The position numbers and the translations under genes are program-made. Under the pieces are notes generated by a model, which was not told where the DNA came from, made no database searches, and saw only the letters and a list, made by a program, of their open reading frames with translations. A DNA stretch of 64,000 bases from Vicugna vicugna (lineage: Eukaryota). This document shows positions 36,860-47,329 of this stretch, one piece after another. The stretch spans positions 2,209,003 to 2,273,002 of the forward strand of contig MU058065.1 of assembly GCA_013265495.1 (NCBI GenBank). The letters are read 5' to 3'. The first letter of the stretch is position 1, and every line of letters starts with the position of its first letter.

Positions 36860-37190
36860 GTTAGAATAATGATCATGAGTTATTTATGGAGAGCTTTCTA
36901 GGTGCTTTTTTACATGCTTTTCATTTTATCTTCTCAATAAGCCTGTGAGGTAGTGTTACTTCCTCTTTAGCAATAAATCACTGGAGGCTTAGAGCTGTGT
37001 TCAGGGACTGACCGAAGATTTTAGGCTATAAAGAGGGGTGCCTGGATTTGAATTCTAGTCTACCTGCCTCTGAGCATGCGCTTTTACCCATAGCGCCTCC
37101 TGGTTTACCCACGTGACCCTGGGCAAGTCGTTTGGATTTCTTGGACCCCAGCTGCCTTGTACATGAGATAAGTGAGTCTGAACAGTCTTC
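36860..37190. mobile_element. MIR fragments (both orientations)
   Basis: ttctcaataagcctgtgaggtag...ggatttgaattctagtctacctg, then gtgaccctgggcaagtc. Confidence 0.6.
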
Positions 37191-37199
37191 TGGAGCTCT

Positions 37200-37530
37200 G
37201 ATGTTCACATGACTCAAGTGCGGATTTTGTTAAAACGTGGATTCTGATTCAGTAGGTCTGGCTGAGGCCTGGGATTCTGTATCTGTAAAAAGCCCCTGCA
37301 TGATGTTGATACTACTTGTCTGAGGACGATGTCTTCAGAAGTAAGCGCCTGGACTAACATCAGCGTTTAGATGCATGTGTGTAAGTGACACATGGCAGGC
37401 TTGTTAAAAAATGCAGATTGAGATGGATGCCCAACGGGTAGATCTTGGAATGGATCCAGGTGAATTTTGCACAAGAATCCCAAAGGTGATCTTGCAGGCC
37501 GTCTTGGGCTAGACTTTAGGAAACACAAAG
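37200..37530. mobile_element. MER5-type (hAT-Charlie) fragments
   Basis: ttgttaaaacgtggattctgattcagtaggtctggctgaggcctgggattctgtat and gcttgttaaaaaatgcagatt. Confidence 0.7.
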
Positions 37531-38335
37531 CTCACACTCACAGATCCCCTTGAAGTTCACCTGCTTGTTCCTAGACCATTTAAGCCATAAGTCTACAAAG
37601 TGAAGACTGGCGAGACTAAAGAGGATTCTCTGGGTGTCCTTTGTGGAATTATTGCTAAAAAAGTGACCAGGGATCTCTATGTCTGATATGATTTAATAAT
37701 TGGCTTCTTCTTTAAGAAGAGCCAGTCTTTTCTCAAGGTCTCGAAAGGATGTGGCATGGTTTCCCTCATTAAATCGAAGATGGTGTATAAGGAGATGTGA
37801 TAAGGGGAAGCTGAGAGAGAGGTGGAACCCAGGGTCCTACCCCACAATGGGGATGCTGGGGGCCAGAAACACTGAGAACCACTCTACAATGAGACAAGAT
37901 GCAGCACACATCAGCCCCTGCCCTGTAACTGGCTACAAAGCTGGTTAAGCAACCTGTGATTTTTAAAAATTGATTTTTTTTCTTTTTTACTCAGAAGCCA
38001 TTCTTGAGTTTTCAAGAGCAGTCTGAGCAAGCTTTGATAATTCAAGGGTCTTCCTGAGCTATTGAACACAGCTCTCTAACCTGGTATGAAGTTGGAAACC
38101 TAAAAGAACAAATCCTTTCCTTCTGTTTAGAACTGGAAATCTCAGAACACCTGTCTTCACTTTCCATTCCCCCAGCATCTGCCAATAGGGCCTGGCAAAA
38201 CAATAATAAATGCCATTATCTATTGATTTCTACAACACGCCATGCACTACAGAAGGCACACCAGAAGGGTTGGTAGAGAGCAGAATCAGCAAGGCAACAG
38301 GATAGACCAATGATGATCAGAATTAACAATAGTAG

Positions 38336-38749
38336 TGTTAAGGGCTGAATGTTGATGTTCCCCCAGAATTAACAACAGCAATATTATGGAATGAATGTCT
38401 GTCCCCTCCAGGATTCCTCTGTTGTAGCCCTAACTCCCAATGTGACAGAATTTGGAGACAGGGTCTTTACAAAAGAAATTAAGGTTAAATGAAGTCATGA
38501 GGGTGGGGCCCTGATCCAACAGGATTAGTGTCCTTTTAGGAAGAGACATCAGATTTCTTTCTTTCTCTCTCCCCTTCTTGGCACAAAGAAGAGCTCCCGT
38601 GAGCACACAGTGAGTAGGAAGCCATCCATAATGCAAGGGGAGAGTCTCACAAGAAACTGACCCTGCTGGCACTCTGATCTTAGATTTCCAGCCTCCAGAA
38701 CTGGGATAAAATAATTCCTTTTTTATGATGGCCCAACCAGACTAATACA
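38336..38749 (+). mobile_element. MaLR LTR (MLT1A-like) with duplicated 5' junction
   Basis: gccctaactcccaatgtgacagaatttggagacagggtc...gggtggggccctgatccaacaggattagtgtcctt...gactaataca. Flanks are agtag/agcaa on the left and agtaa on the right. Confidence 0.88.
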
Positions 38750-38789
38750 AGTAATATAAGTAATAATATCTGGGAAGCTCTCTGGACTT

Positions 38790-38940
38790 CACAAAGTGCT
38801 TTTTACCTAAATATCGTATTTCTTTCCCGCAGCAGTCCTTTCAGACTGGGGCCCAGAGAAATCAAATGACTTGGTCACAATCACAGTTTGGAGGTGGCAG
38901 AACGGGACAGTAACCTAGGCCTTCTGGCTCCCAGTGTCCA
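38790..38940 (-). mobile_element. MIR SINE
   Basis: actggggcccagagaaatcaaatgacttggtcacaatcacag...ggtggcagaac...ttctggctccc. Confidence 0.65.
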
Positions 38941-39286
38941 GTCTTCTAGTTCATTTTGCCCACATGCCAAACCTAGCTTGGTCTGTGAGCGGCTAACACT
39001 TTTTGCAACAGTAAACTTAACTGCATTTTTCATCATTCAACAAACATCCATGTCCTTCTCTGTGTAAGGCACTATACGAAAACTTAAAGAAATGAAAAAA
39101 AATGTCCATTGCCTTGAGGTTAGAGCCCAAACTATGCGCTTACATCCAAGGCAGGATGTGGTTACGTGAAATAAACAACCCCATATTTAGAGCTACAGGA
39201 GTGCTGGGTGAGGAGACAGCAATGCCGGTGAGGCTGAGAGGGGAAAATTGTGAAGCAAGAAAATGACTATTTCCATGGCAGCGAAG

Positions 39287-40210
39287 TGTGGTGAATTAAG
39301 TCACAAAATGGATGCAACAATCCCTTCCCTCCTGCAGGCCCTTTTGCAATGTGATTTTTCCACTCTTCTTATTATACGCTAAATCGTGTCCCTCCAAAAT
39401 TCATATGTTGAAGCCCTGACCCTCAGTGTGACTGTATTTGGAGCTAGGGCTTTCAAGGAGGTATTTCAGATTCAATAAGGACAAAAGTGTGGGACTCTAC
39501 TCCAATAGGACTGGTGTCCTTATGAAAAGAAATGACACCAAAAATGTCTCTCTCCCTCTCTCCCTCACCACATGGAAAGGCCACATGCGGTCAGAATGAG
39601 AAGACAGCCATTTACAAGACAGGAAGAGAGGTCTCACCAGAAAGCAACCCTAAGGGTACCTTGATCTTGAATTTCTAGTCTCTAACCTTCAGAACTGTGA
39701 GAGAATAAATGTCTGTTAAGCCACCAAGTCTGTGGTATTTTGTGATGGCAGCCCTAGGTGACCTGCGTCTCTTATCAAGAAGTAGAGTCCACTTCTCTTC
39801 CCTCATTTGAGATAGTTCTGTGACCTGCTTTGAATGCAGCAGAAGTGACATTACACTAAATCCAAGTCTAGTTGTTAAGAAGTATTGCAAGTTCTGGTGT
39901 CACCCTCCCGGAGTCTTGCACTATCTTGTAAAGAAGTCTGAGTTTGGCTGGAAAACCTATGTAGAGAGAAGCCTCTCAGCTTGAAATATGACATGGGGGG
40001 AAAGGCCTATACAGATGAGAAAACTGGAGGAGAGAGAAGGCTGTGATTTCCAGCCATGCCTGGGCAGGTCAGTCAATATTGGGTAAATGAGAGGTGAACC
40101 ATCCCAGCTGAACCCTGCCCAATCAACCCATAATACTGTGAACAAACAAAATTGTCACTTTAAGTCACTAAGATTAGGATAGTTTATAATGCCAGACTAG
40201 GTACTGACAG
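39287..40210 (+). mobile_element. MaLR LTR (MLT1F/G/H-like) hosting a nested MLT1A
   Basis: tgtggtgaattaag...cccttttgcaatgtgatttt resumes ~39765 as atcaagaagtagagtc...tgtgacctgctttga...ttaagtcactaagattagg. Confidence 0.75.
39370..39764 (+). mobile_element. MaLR LTR (MLT1A-like), nested
   Basis: aatcgtgtccctccaaaattcatatgttgaagccctgacc...gactgtatttggag...ctgttaagccaccaagtctgtggtattttgtgatggcagcccta. Confidence 0.88.
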
Positions 40211-40288
40211 AGGTGGAGTGAGAGAAGAGGTATTTGGGGCAGACAGAATGAACAATGGCACAATAGTAGAAAAAGAGAGTATAAATTT

Positions 40289-40475
40289 ATTTATTTATTA
40301 AGTTTTAATTGAGTTATAGTCAGTTTACAATGTTGTGTCAATTTCTGGTGTACAGCATAATTTTTCAGTCATACATGAATAGATATGATTTTATTTTCCT
40401 ATTCCTTTTCACCACAAGCTACTATAAGATCTTGAATATAGTTCCCTGTGCTATATAGTATAAACTTGTTTATCT
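40289..40475 (-). mobile_element. Very short (~190 bp) young L1 3' end with perfect 15-bp TSD
   Basis: ttgagttatagtcagtttacaatgttgtgtcaatttctggtgtacagcat...gttccctgtgctatatagtataaacttgtttatct. TSD agagagtataaattt at 40274-40288 and 40476-40490. Confidence 0.93.
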
Positions 40476-40589
40476 AGAGAGTATAAATTTAGATGAGGAA
40501 TTCTGGTTGGCAAAGCCTCTAGGAACATATTAGAGAAAATAAAAAGGTAAGTCTAGCAAGGTAGGTTAGTTAGATTGTAGACAGCTCTT

Positions 40590-40822
40590 ATTGTAATAAT
40601 TTTTTATTAAGTACTTGCTATCTATACTCAGCAAAACCCTTTCCATGGATTAACTAATTCTCACAAAATACTATGTATAGATTATACTATTATTATGCCC
40701 CATTTTACACATAAGGAAACTGAGGCTCAGAGGTTAAGTTACTTGAAAAAAAAATTATGTAGTGATGAGACTGGCATTTGAACACAGGCAGTCTAACTCC
40801 AGAACCTGTGATCCCAACCTTT
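40590..40822 (-). mobile_element. MIR SINE
   Basis: tattatgccccattttacacataaggaaactgaggctcagaggttaagttacttg...tttgaacacaggcagtctaactccaga. Confidence 0.88.
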
Positions 40823-40849
40823 ACAAAAGATTGCCTACGTCAAGGAATT

Positions 40850-42130
40850 TGTACCTTAGTGATAAACATGAAATTATTTTAAGCAGTGGGGTAGGATAAT
40901 TGAAGCAGTATTTTACAAAGATTAAGCTGGCAGTGGTGGATAGGATCTGGAGGCTGAAAGAATAGTTAGGGTATACTGGGGTCGTCCAGGCATGAAGTGA
41001 TAAGGGTCTGAACTAATCCAAAAAAAAAAAAAAAGGGAAAGGGACAAATAAGAGGGACTTGGGGAAGAAAATTTCAATAGCTTCCACCCAGGCAATGGCT
41101 GGACAAATAAAAGGAAGAGGAGGAGTCAGAACTCATTCCCGTCTTCCTGCTTCGGTGACTGAGATGATGTCAGTCATTCCTCTAAAACCCTTATGGAGTA
41201 AAGGAAGAAAAACTGCTTTGGGAGGAAGATAATAAATTGGCTTTAGACTTATTAGGTGGGAGATGATGGTGAGATATTAAGTGGAAGTAACTGCCAGGCA
41301 TTTGGAGATGTGCGAAAAGGAACTTGGACATGGGTCAAGGCCATCTGTAGATACAGGCTTGGAATTCATCCAAAGCTAAGCAAAGTTATGTGGCATGTAT
41401 CCATCAGGGGTGCTTGGTTGCAAGCAAAAGAAACCAAGTCTGGTTAGTGTGTACTTCTACTCAGACGAGGAAGGGGCCACGGAGGTTCTGGGGACCCAGA
41501 TGGGAAGAATTCACCAACTCATCAAGCCGGGATGTGGCAGCTCCAACAGCTTTCCCCACTCCCTTCAGGATTCAAAGTCCTCGGAGGGAATCTGGTGATC
41601 TTGGTTATTTGCCCACCCTTTGGCCAGGGAAAGTAAAGACACTTTGTCTTGCGCTCCCAACAAAGTGGCACATAAAGCAGGAGAGAAGATTCTCCAAAGG
41701 AGACCAGATTTGGCGATCAAAAGACAGGGAATAAATGCAGGGTGGCCACAAACCAATAAATAGTCACTCCATTGGGAGAGAGAGTGTGAAGGAGAGGAGA
41801 GATCTGAGGGAAGACAATTACACAGCACCCACACGTGGAAGGAGGAATATTTGATGAGGGAAAGACAAAGGTGAGCTAAGGAACTGGAAGAGAAGGAAAT
41901 AGGCAAAGGAGTTGCAAAAGTGGGTAAAACACGAGAATTAAATGCTGTCAGGAGATCAAGGGTGATAAAGAATGATGCAAAACCACTGGGGTTGGCATTG
42001 GAAGTTACTGGTAACCTTTGAGAAGGTGGCAGAGGGAGAGAGGCCAGAGGAGACACAGGATGCAGGTAAGAAGACAGGGCAGAGAGACTATGGAAGAAGG
42101 GAGGCAGCGTCCAGGTTTGGTGGTAAAAGG
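40850..42130 (-). mobile_element. L2 ORF2 remnant (RT region), interrupted by an MLT1K-like LTR at ~41400-41760
   Basis: ttttaagcagtgggg...gtccaggcatgaagtgat...ggcagttgga-like L2 text. The minus-strand translation FFITLDLLTAFNS (~41930-41975) resembles the L2/CR1 RT motif LILLDLSAAFDT. Confidence 0.7.
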
Positions 42131-43809
42131 AGGAGGAACCAAGGGGTTGTTTGAAGGAGTCAGCATCACAATGATCCTCAGCACCTAGGAATTTCCATCT
42201 TATTTGGTCAAATAGGTAGAAAGTAATCCTCAGCCCAGCATTTAGTGATGTCTTTTCTCTGAAGCTCTTGGTGAAATGGAGTGACGACAAAGGGCAAGTG
42301 TGAATTGATGCTCTGGGTGAATCTGTTTCAGAAGTTACAGAAAGAGCAAATTGGATTTATTTGAAAGCCAACTTGAAAGGGAAACAAAAAGACAAATGCC
42401 TATTATGAGCTAAAAAAATAAAACCGTACCAAAGCAACAGTCCCAGAAACTAACTGTGTAAATGAACTGTTATAACCAGTCTCCTTTCCCCCAGTTGAAA
42501 CAATCTTATGTAACAGCATTTGCATCTATAAGGTTGTGTAACAAGTTGTCTTGTGGTGATACGTATTTTAAACAGGGGTTGGATAGGAGAGGAGCAACTA
42601 TTATTATCTTATTATAGAAACATCAGTAGCTCTTCCAGACAAAACACCATCACCAGGAGAGACTTTACTTAAATACAAGGTCATACTGTCTGGGTGTATG
42701 GGGGAGCAGTGGGGGTGGGGCAGGGGGATTTTCATCTTCTTCCAAAGCCCTTGACGCTGGACCTCTTCCAAGAGAGGAAACGAGACTAAATAGATCATTT
42801 GTTTTATTCTGTTTGGGCACTTCTTGCATTTCTCCCAACTGCAGCTTATGGACACAAAGCCAAACTCAGAGACTGGCTGGAGCTGGCTAAACTCCAGGTC
42901 AGTTTTTTAAAAAAAAATTTTAAGGAATAAACAATTCGAACCTCTATCAGAGGACCAAGGCAAGCCACACAATTGAAGGATAAAATGAAACTCTGCTGTG
43001 AATGTGAAGTTGTAAAGGAGGCGGGTAGGAAAGTTAAATGGTTTGGATTTCTCAAACAAGATGGAGGGAGAGATGGCAGGGAAGTGCCGAGCAAAAGCAC
43101 ACATCTATGAGAAATCCATTTCAACGAGGGTCAAACACCAGAACTGTGGCTCATGGGCACCGGCTGAGGTACGAACGCGGCTTCTTGGGGGCAGCCCTTA
43201 ACGATGGGTGTCAAAGCGCCTGGTCACTTGGGAGATTGCTTCTGTATCCTCTTGCTGGCATTGGGAAAGCTGGCCAACAGCCGCCACGCACATTCTGTAA
43301 CAGGCATAGTTGGTATTCCCAGCATATCCCACTGGCAGAATGGGTCTTTGTCGTGAATCACTTCCTTTTGGGAGACACTCATTGGCAGTCCCATCCAATG
43401 TTCAAGGAGAGAGAAAGGCATATTAGTGGTAGGGCATATTTTAGCATATTAGTTAATGCTGCATCCTGCCGGATTTTAGAATTGACAAGTCATGTACAGT
43501 ATTGCTCAAAACATTCCTTCGACAGTACTGGGTAGAGCAGGGAAGTGAATAGGAGCCATTACTGGGTAAACAAAAGAGGTAAGTCCGGAAGCCTTCTGAT
43601 TGCCTTTTGTAGATGAGGAATCTGGACCTTCATTATGCTGTAATTGGGAACATAAAATGTTTTCCTCCGTGAAAAAATAAAAGCTGTTTCCATTAAAACA
43701 AGAGACTGAAACCCTTTACAATATTAGTTCATTTCTTCCAAAAACTTAGAGTAACTTCACAAGAAATTTAAAATTGCAAATAATTAACCAAAGTGTTTGA
43801 GACATGAAT

Positions 43810-43972
43810 CAATGTATCCGTGTTAACATCCTGATCCTGACACTATACAACAGTTTTGCAAAATACTACCATTGGGGCAACTGGACAAAGCATACCAGAG
43901 ACCTCTCGGTGTTATTTCCTACAATTGCATATGAACTTACAATCACCTCTATAAAAATGTTCAATTAAAAAA
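43810..43972 (+). mobile_element. L1MC-like 3' terminal fragment
   Basis: tgttaacatcctg...ttttgcaaaatactaccattgggg...ttatttcctacaattgcatatgaacttacaat...attaaaaaa. Confidence 0.78.
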
Positions 43973-44274
43973 AGTGATGGAGATAGAAATGGATGTAGGG
44001 AATCGGGCAGGTTTTCATAACCTGGACTTACCCACTCTTGGCTCTATTTCGTTTCTCCACCAGTCCCCTCTTTGACTGCTGTCCATCTGGAAGAGGCGAC
44101 TCCTAGCTTCTCAGACACATCAAGCTCAATCCCACCTCTGGCCTTTTTCCTCCAGCTGCTCCCACGCCATCTCATTCTTCCCAGCTCCAGCTTGCCCTCC
44201 CAGACCAGACCAAGCCATTACACCATCCCCGGAGCAGTACTTACCATGTTAATAGTTATTTGGTACTTGCACAC

Positions 44275-44610
44275 CAACTAGTCAACAGATACTTACTGAG
44301 CAGCTACTATATGTGGGATGTTGGCTCCAGGCACTAGGAGCTGGGTAAGTCAGAAACCACATTCAACTGGATTCTCTTCCCTGGTTTCTGAGACCATGTA
44401 TTCTAATGAAGAAGGGTGGAAGAAAACTAACCAAGAAACAAGTTAAAAAAAAAAATTCAAATCACGATGAGGGCTATAAAGAAACTAATGGGTTGGAGAA
44501 CAGTGGAAGTGACCTTAACTCGAGTGATCGGGAAATATTTTCTAGAGAAAGTGACATGTGTTGTGACCATGAGACGATCCTGGGGAGGAAAAAAAGTACT
44601 TGAGGCACAG
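44275..44610 (-). mobile_element. L2 fragment
   Basis: caacagatacttactgagcagctactatatgtg...aggcactagg...gggaaatattttctagagaaagtgacat. Confidence 0.65.
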
Positions 44611-44999
44611 GGAACAAGGAAAAAGGATTTGTGTCTTGGCCTGTATTGAGTATGAATATTAGGCATGCACGTAAAACAGTGAAAGGGATTTTCTTTGTGA
44701 GGACTGTGTTTCCTTCTGATTTTAGGGCTTGTTTCCCGACATGAGAGGCTGTGAATACCCTTCCAAGATTCAAGTTGCTCTAATCAGTAGATGCAACCTT
44801 AGTTCAAGACTGTGTATGAGGAGATTTACCACATTTCTTTCTCACAGCTGGGGCCACGGGCCTGCTGGTGAGGGTTCTGCACTGTCCAAGGACAACATAA
44901 ATCATGTCATTAAAGTGGGGCACCCACAAACCGAAGGTGACGCAAAGGAGGACTGAATACGGGACATGTGGGTAAGACAGCCTGGAGAGGGACGGTAAT

Positions 45000-46320
45000 T
45001 TGTCGCCGTCCTCCCGGGTCTCTGCCTCTCTGTTGCGCACAAGGTCCCACAGGCTGTAGTAACCGGTTGGGAAGGGCTGGATTCCCAGGACTCTGCGGGG
45101 ACCACGCACTGTCACCGCAGCCAGGAATCCACTTTTCAGGATTCCCTTGTCTGCCTTTCGCTTAAGGCGACCAGCTGCCGCTGCTCTATCCCCGAGGCCG
45201 GGAGAAGTCGGCTCTGGGGCACCCGGAGAAGCGCCTCGAGGGATGATCTGTCCCCTCCCGGCCGCTACCTGGCACCTTTATCCCCACCACCTGGGCGGGT
45301 CGGCACTGTCCCGGGGCGTCCCCCTGTCTCTCCACGGGGAACAGCCCAGGAGGCTCGCCCGGCGTCCCAGGGACGCACCGCGCGCCCTTGGGTCCCTCCC
45401 CCTCCCTCTCGCCCCGCAGCCCGGCGACCCACGTGCAGCCCGGCCCCGGGGCCGGCGTGTCTCCCGGCGCTGTCTGGGCGCAGCCCCGCGACGCGGACCG
45501 GCGGGCGGCGGCCTCCGCGGGGCGGCAGCGGGAGCGGGGGCGCCCCGGAGTGCAGGCGCGGGGAGCGGGGGCGGCGGGAAGGGGCGGGGGCCGCTCGGGC
45601 GGCGATAAAGCCCCCGCCGCCGCGGCCGGCCCGCTCGCGCTGTGGGGCTGCGGGGCCGCTCGGCTGCTTGGCGTCTGCTGGCGCGGCCGCTCCTTCCCTC
45701 GCTGCCCCTCCCGGCCGCCGCCGCCGCCTCTCTCTCTCCTCCGACTCCCCCGCCGCGCCGACTCCCGACTCCGGCTCGGGCCGCGCCGCCCTCCGCGGCC
45801 GCCACCTGGGGATCCCGAGCGAGGGGCGGTGAGTACGGGCTGCGCGCCCCGCGGCCGATCCCGGGCTCCCGCCGCTCGGGGGACGGTCCCGGGGCTCCGT
45901 GCGCCGCCGGCTCCGCGCCGCGACCTTGCGCCCGGCCGGGAGGCTGCGGGGCGGGCGGGCCCCGGGGCGCCGGCGTCGAGGCGGAGGAACTTTCTCAGCC
46001 TCCCCCAGCCGGGCTGCCTCGGCCGAGGCTGGGGCGCGCCCGGCTCCGGTGCCCGGCCCGCGGGGAGCCCGAGCAGGACCCGGGCGGGGCGCAGAGGGGC
46101 CGCGCCGGCGGTGGCATCCAGGTGTGCCCGCGGCCAGGAGTCCTGGCCGGCGCGGCTGCTGCTGGTCCCTCCTAGCGGCCCCCGTGACCCTGAACCGGGG
46201 GTACTCAGGTACTCGAGGGTGTCCCCGCTATCCTGTACTTGGCGTGTGCGCCGCCTGTTAGGGAAGGACACACGGACTCCTACTTGTTACCGCTGCCGGA
46301 GCAGGGTGGGGTGGCCAGTT
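45000..46320. promoter_or_regulatory. CpG island / promoter
   Basis: Abrupt shift to very high GC with dense CpG (core 45160-46200), against CpG-depleted flanks. GC box ggggcgggg at 45581-45589 and GATAAAG at 45604-45610. Confidence 0.95.
45630..45828 (+). other. Probable non-coding first exon (5'UTR) of an unidentified gene; intron 1 starts at 45829
   Basis: Consensus donor GCG|GTGAGT at 45826-45834, ~200 nt downstream of the GC box and GATAAA. No ATG in the interval. The start position is inferred. Confidence 0.7.
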
Positions 46321-46445
46321 GGTCTGGGGGGAAAGCCTTTAAATTAGGGGCTTCTGGCAACCAGTTTAACAACCCCGTGGAGCAAATATTTGCTGTTTTT
46401 ATCGTCTGTAGAAAGGGGAATTGCAGTGCCAATTAGTGCCCACAG
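46260..46445 (+). other. Possible alternative first exon ending at donor CAG|GTAAGG
   Basis: Strong donor at 46443-46451 on the downstream edge of the CpG island. The start is undefined. Confidence 0.3.
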
Positions 46446-47329
46446 GTAAGGTGAAAGTAGTCAGAAATTCTGGGCGGAATGAGGTGTTTAATTTGCCTGC
46501 AAACTGAGCGGAGAGGGAAGGCTTGTATTACATAAGACAGCACTCCACCTTCAGGTATTATGGAAGATGCTGTTGAAGGTTTTAGGTTTTAATGAACGAG
46601 AAATAATCTTTGTGAGTGTCTCTCTTGAGAAATCGCATGTGCTGCTGTGTCTTGCTTTGACTACTTCGCAGGGAACGTTTTTTTATATTTAGCATCAACA
46701 TAAAAAGGTGTTTGAAGGTTTGACTTCCTCTTTCAAGCCAGGAAGCAGTTTATTCCTCTAAACTGCTCAGGAACAATTTACGTGATAATTTTATACTTTG
46801 GAGACTTTACATGGAAAGTTGAACACAGATAACTGGGGAAAAATGTAAGCATTGCTAATTTGTATATCTAAAGCACACTTCAAAAATGGAAGGTACTTTC
46901 AATGCTATCTGCATATCTAAGTCAGTAATTGTGTGCTGTTTGCAGTATTTCAGCAAAAATTTTCTTCAGCTATGCAAATGAAGGTGTTAGCCTACATAAG
47001 TTTCTTTCAAACCCAGGTTTGGAATCTTTCTTAAAATAATGTTCAACAATATTGTACAATACAGGGCAATTACTGAAGGTCGTCAAGCTGTCATCTATCT
47101 TTTATTCTTTAAAAAAATGAATCTCTGCAGAAAATTTCTGCCCCCCATGAACTTCACATATTAGTGTAATTTTAAAAGGACAGAAATGACTCAATCTCCA
47201 AAGGGCAGTAATTTTCTGTTCCACACATGAGTGATTAAATACTCACCAGAGATTGTTTGAGGTGGCAGAGCTGGAAATGATGTAGTGACCTAGCCAGGTC
47301 CCAGCTACATCTCCATGTGGCGTCCCCTG

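Noticed and set aside
45630..45828. Assigning a gene symbol (I had only a vague impression of an RAI14-like 5' end)
   Set aside because: There is no coding exon in the window and I cannot verify the recollection. It needs BLAST or synteny, so the symbol is left empty.
45147..46347. Long overlapping ORFs in the CpG island (361, 319, 177, 175 and 153 aa)
   Set aside because: They are Arg/Gly/Pro/Ala-rich, open in several frames on both strands, and run through the splice donor. This is expected from stop-codon scarcity at very high GC. No recognisable domain.
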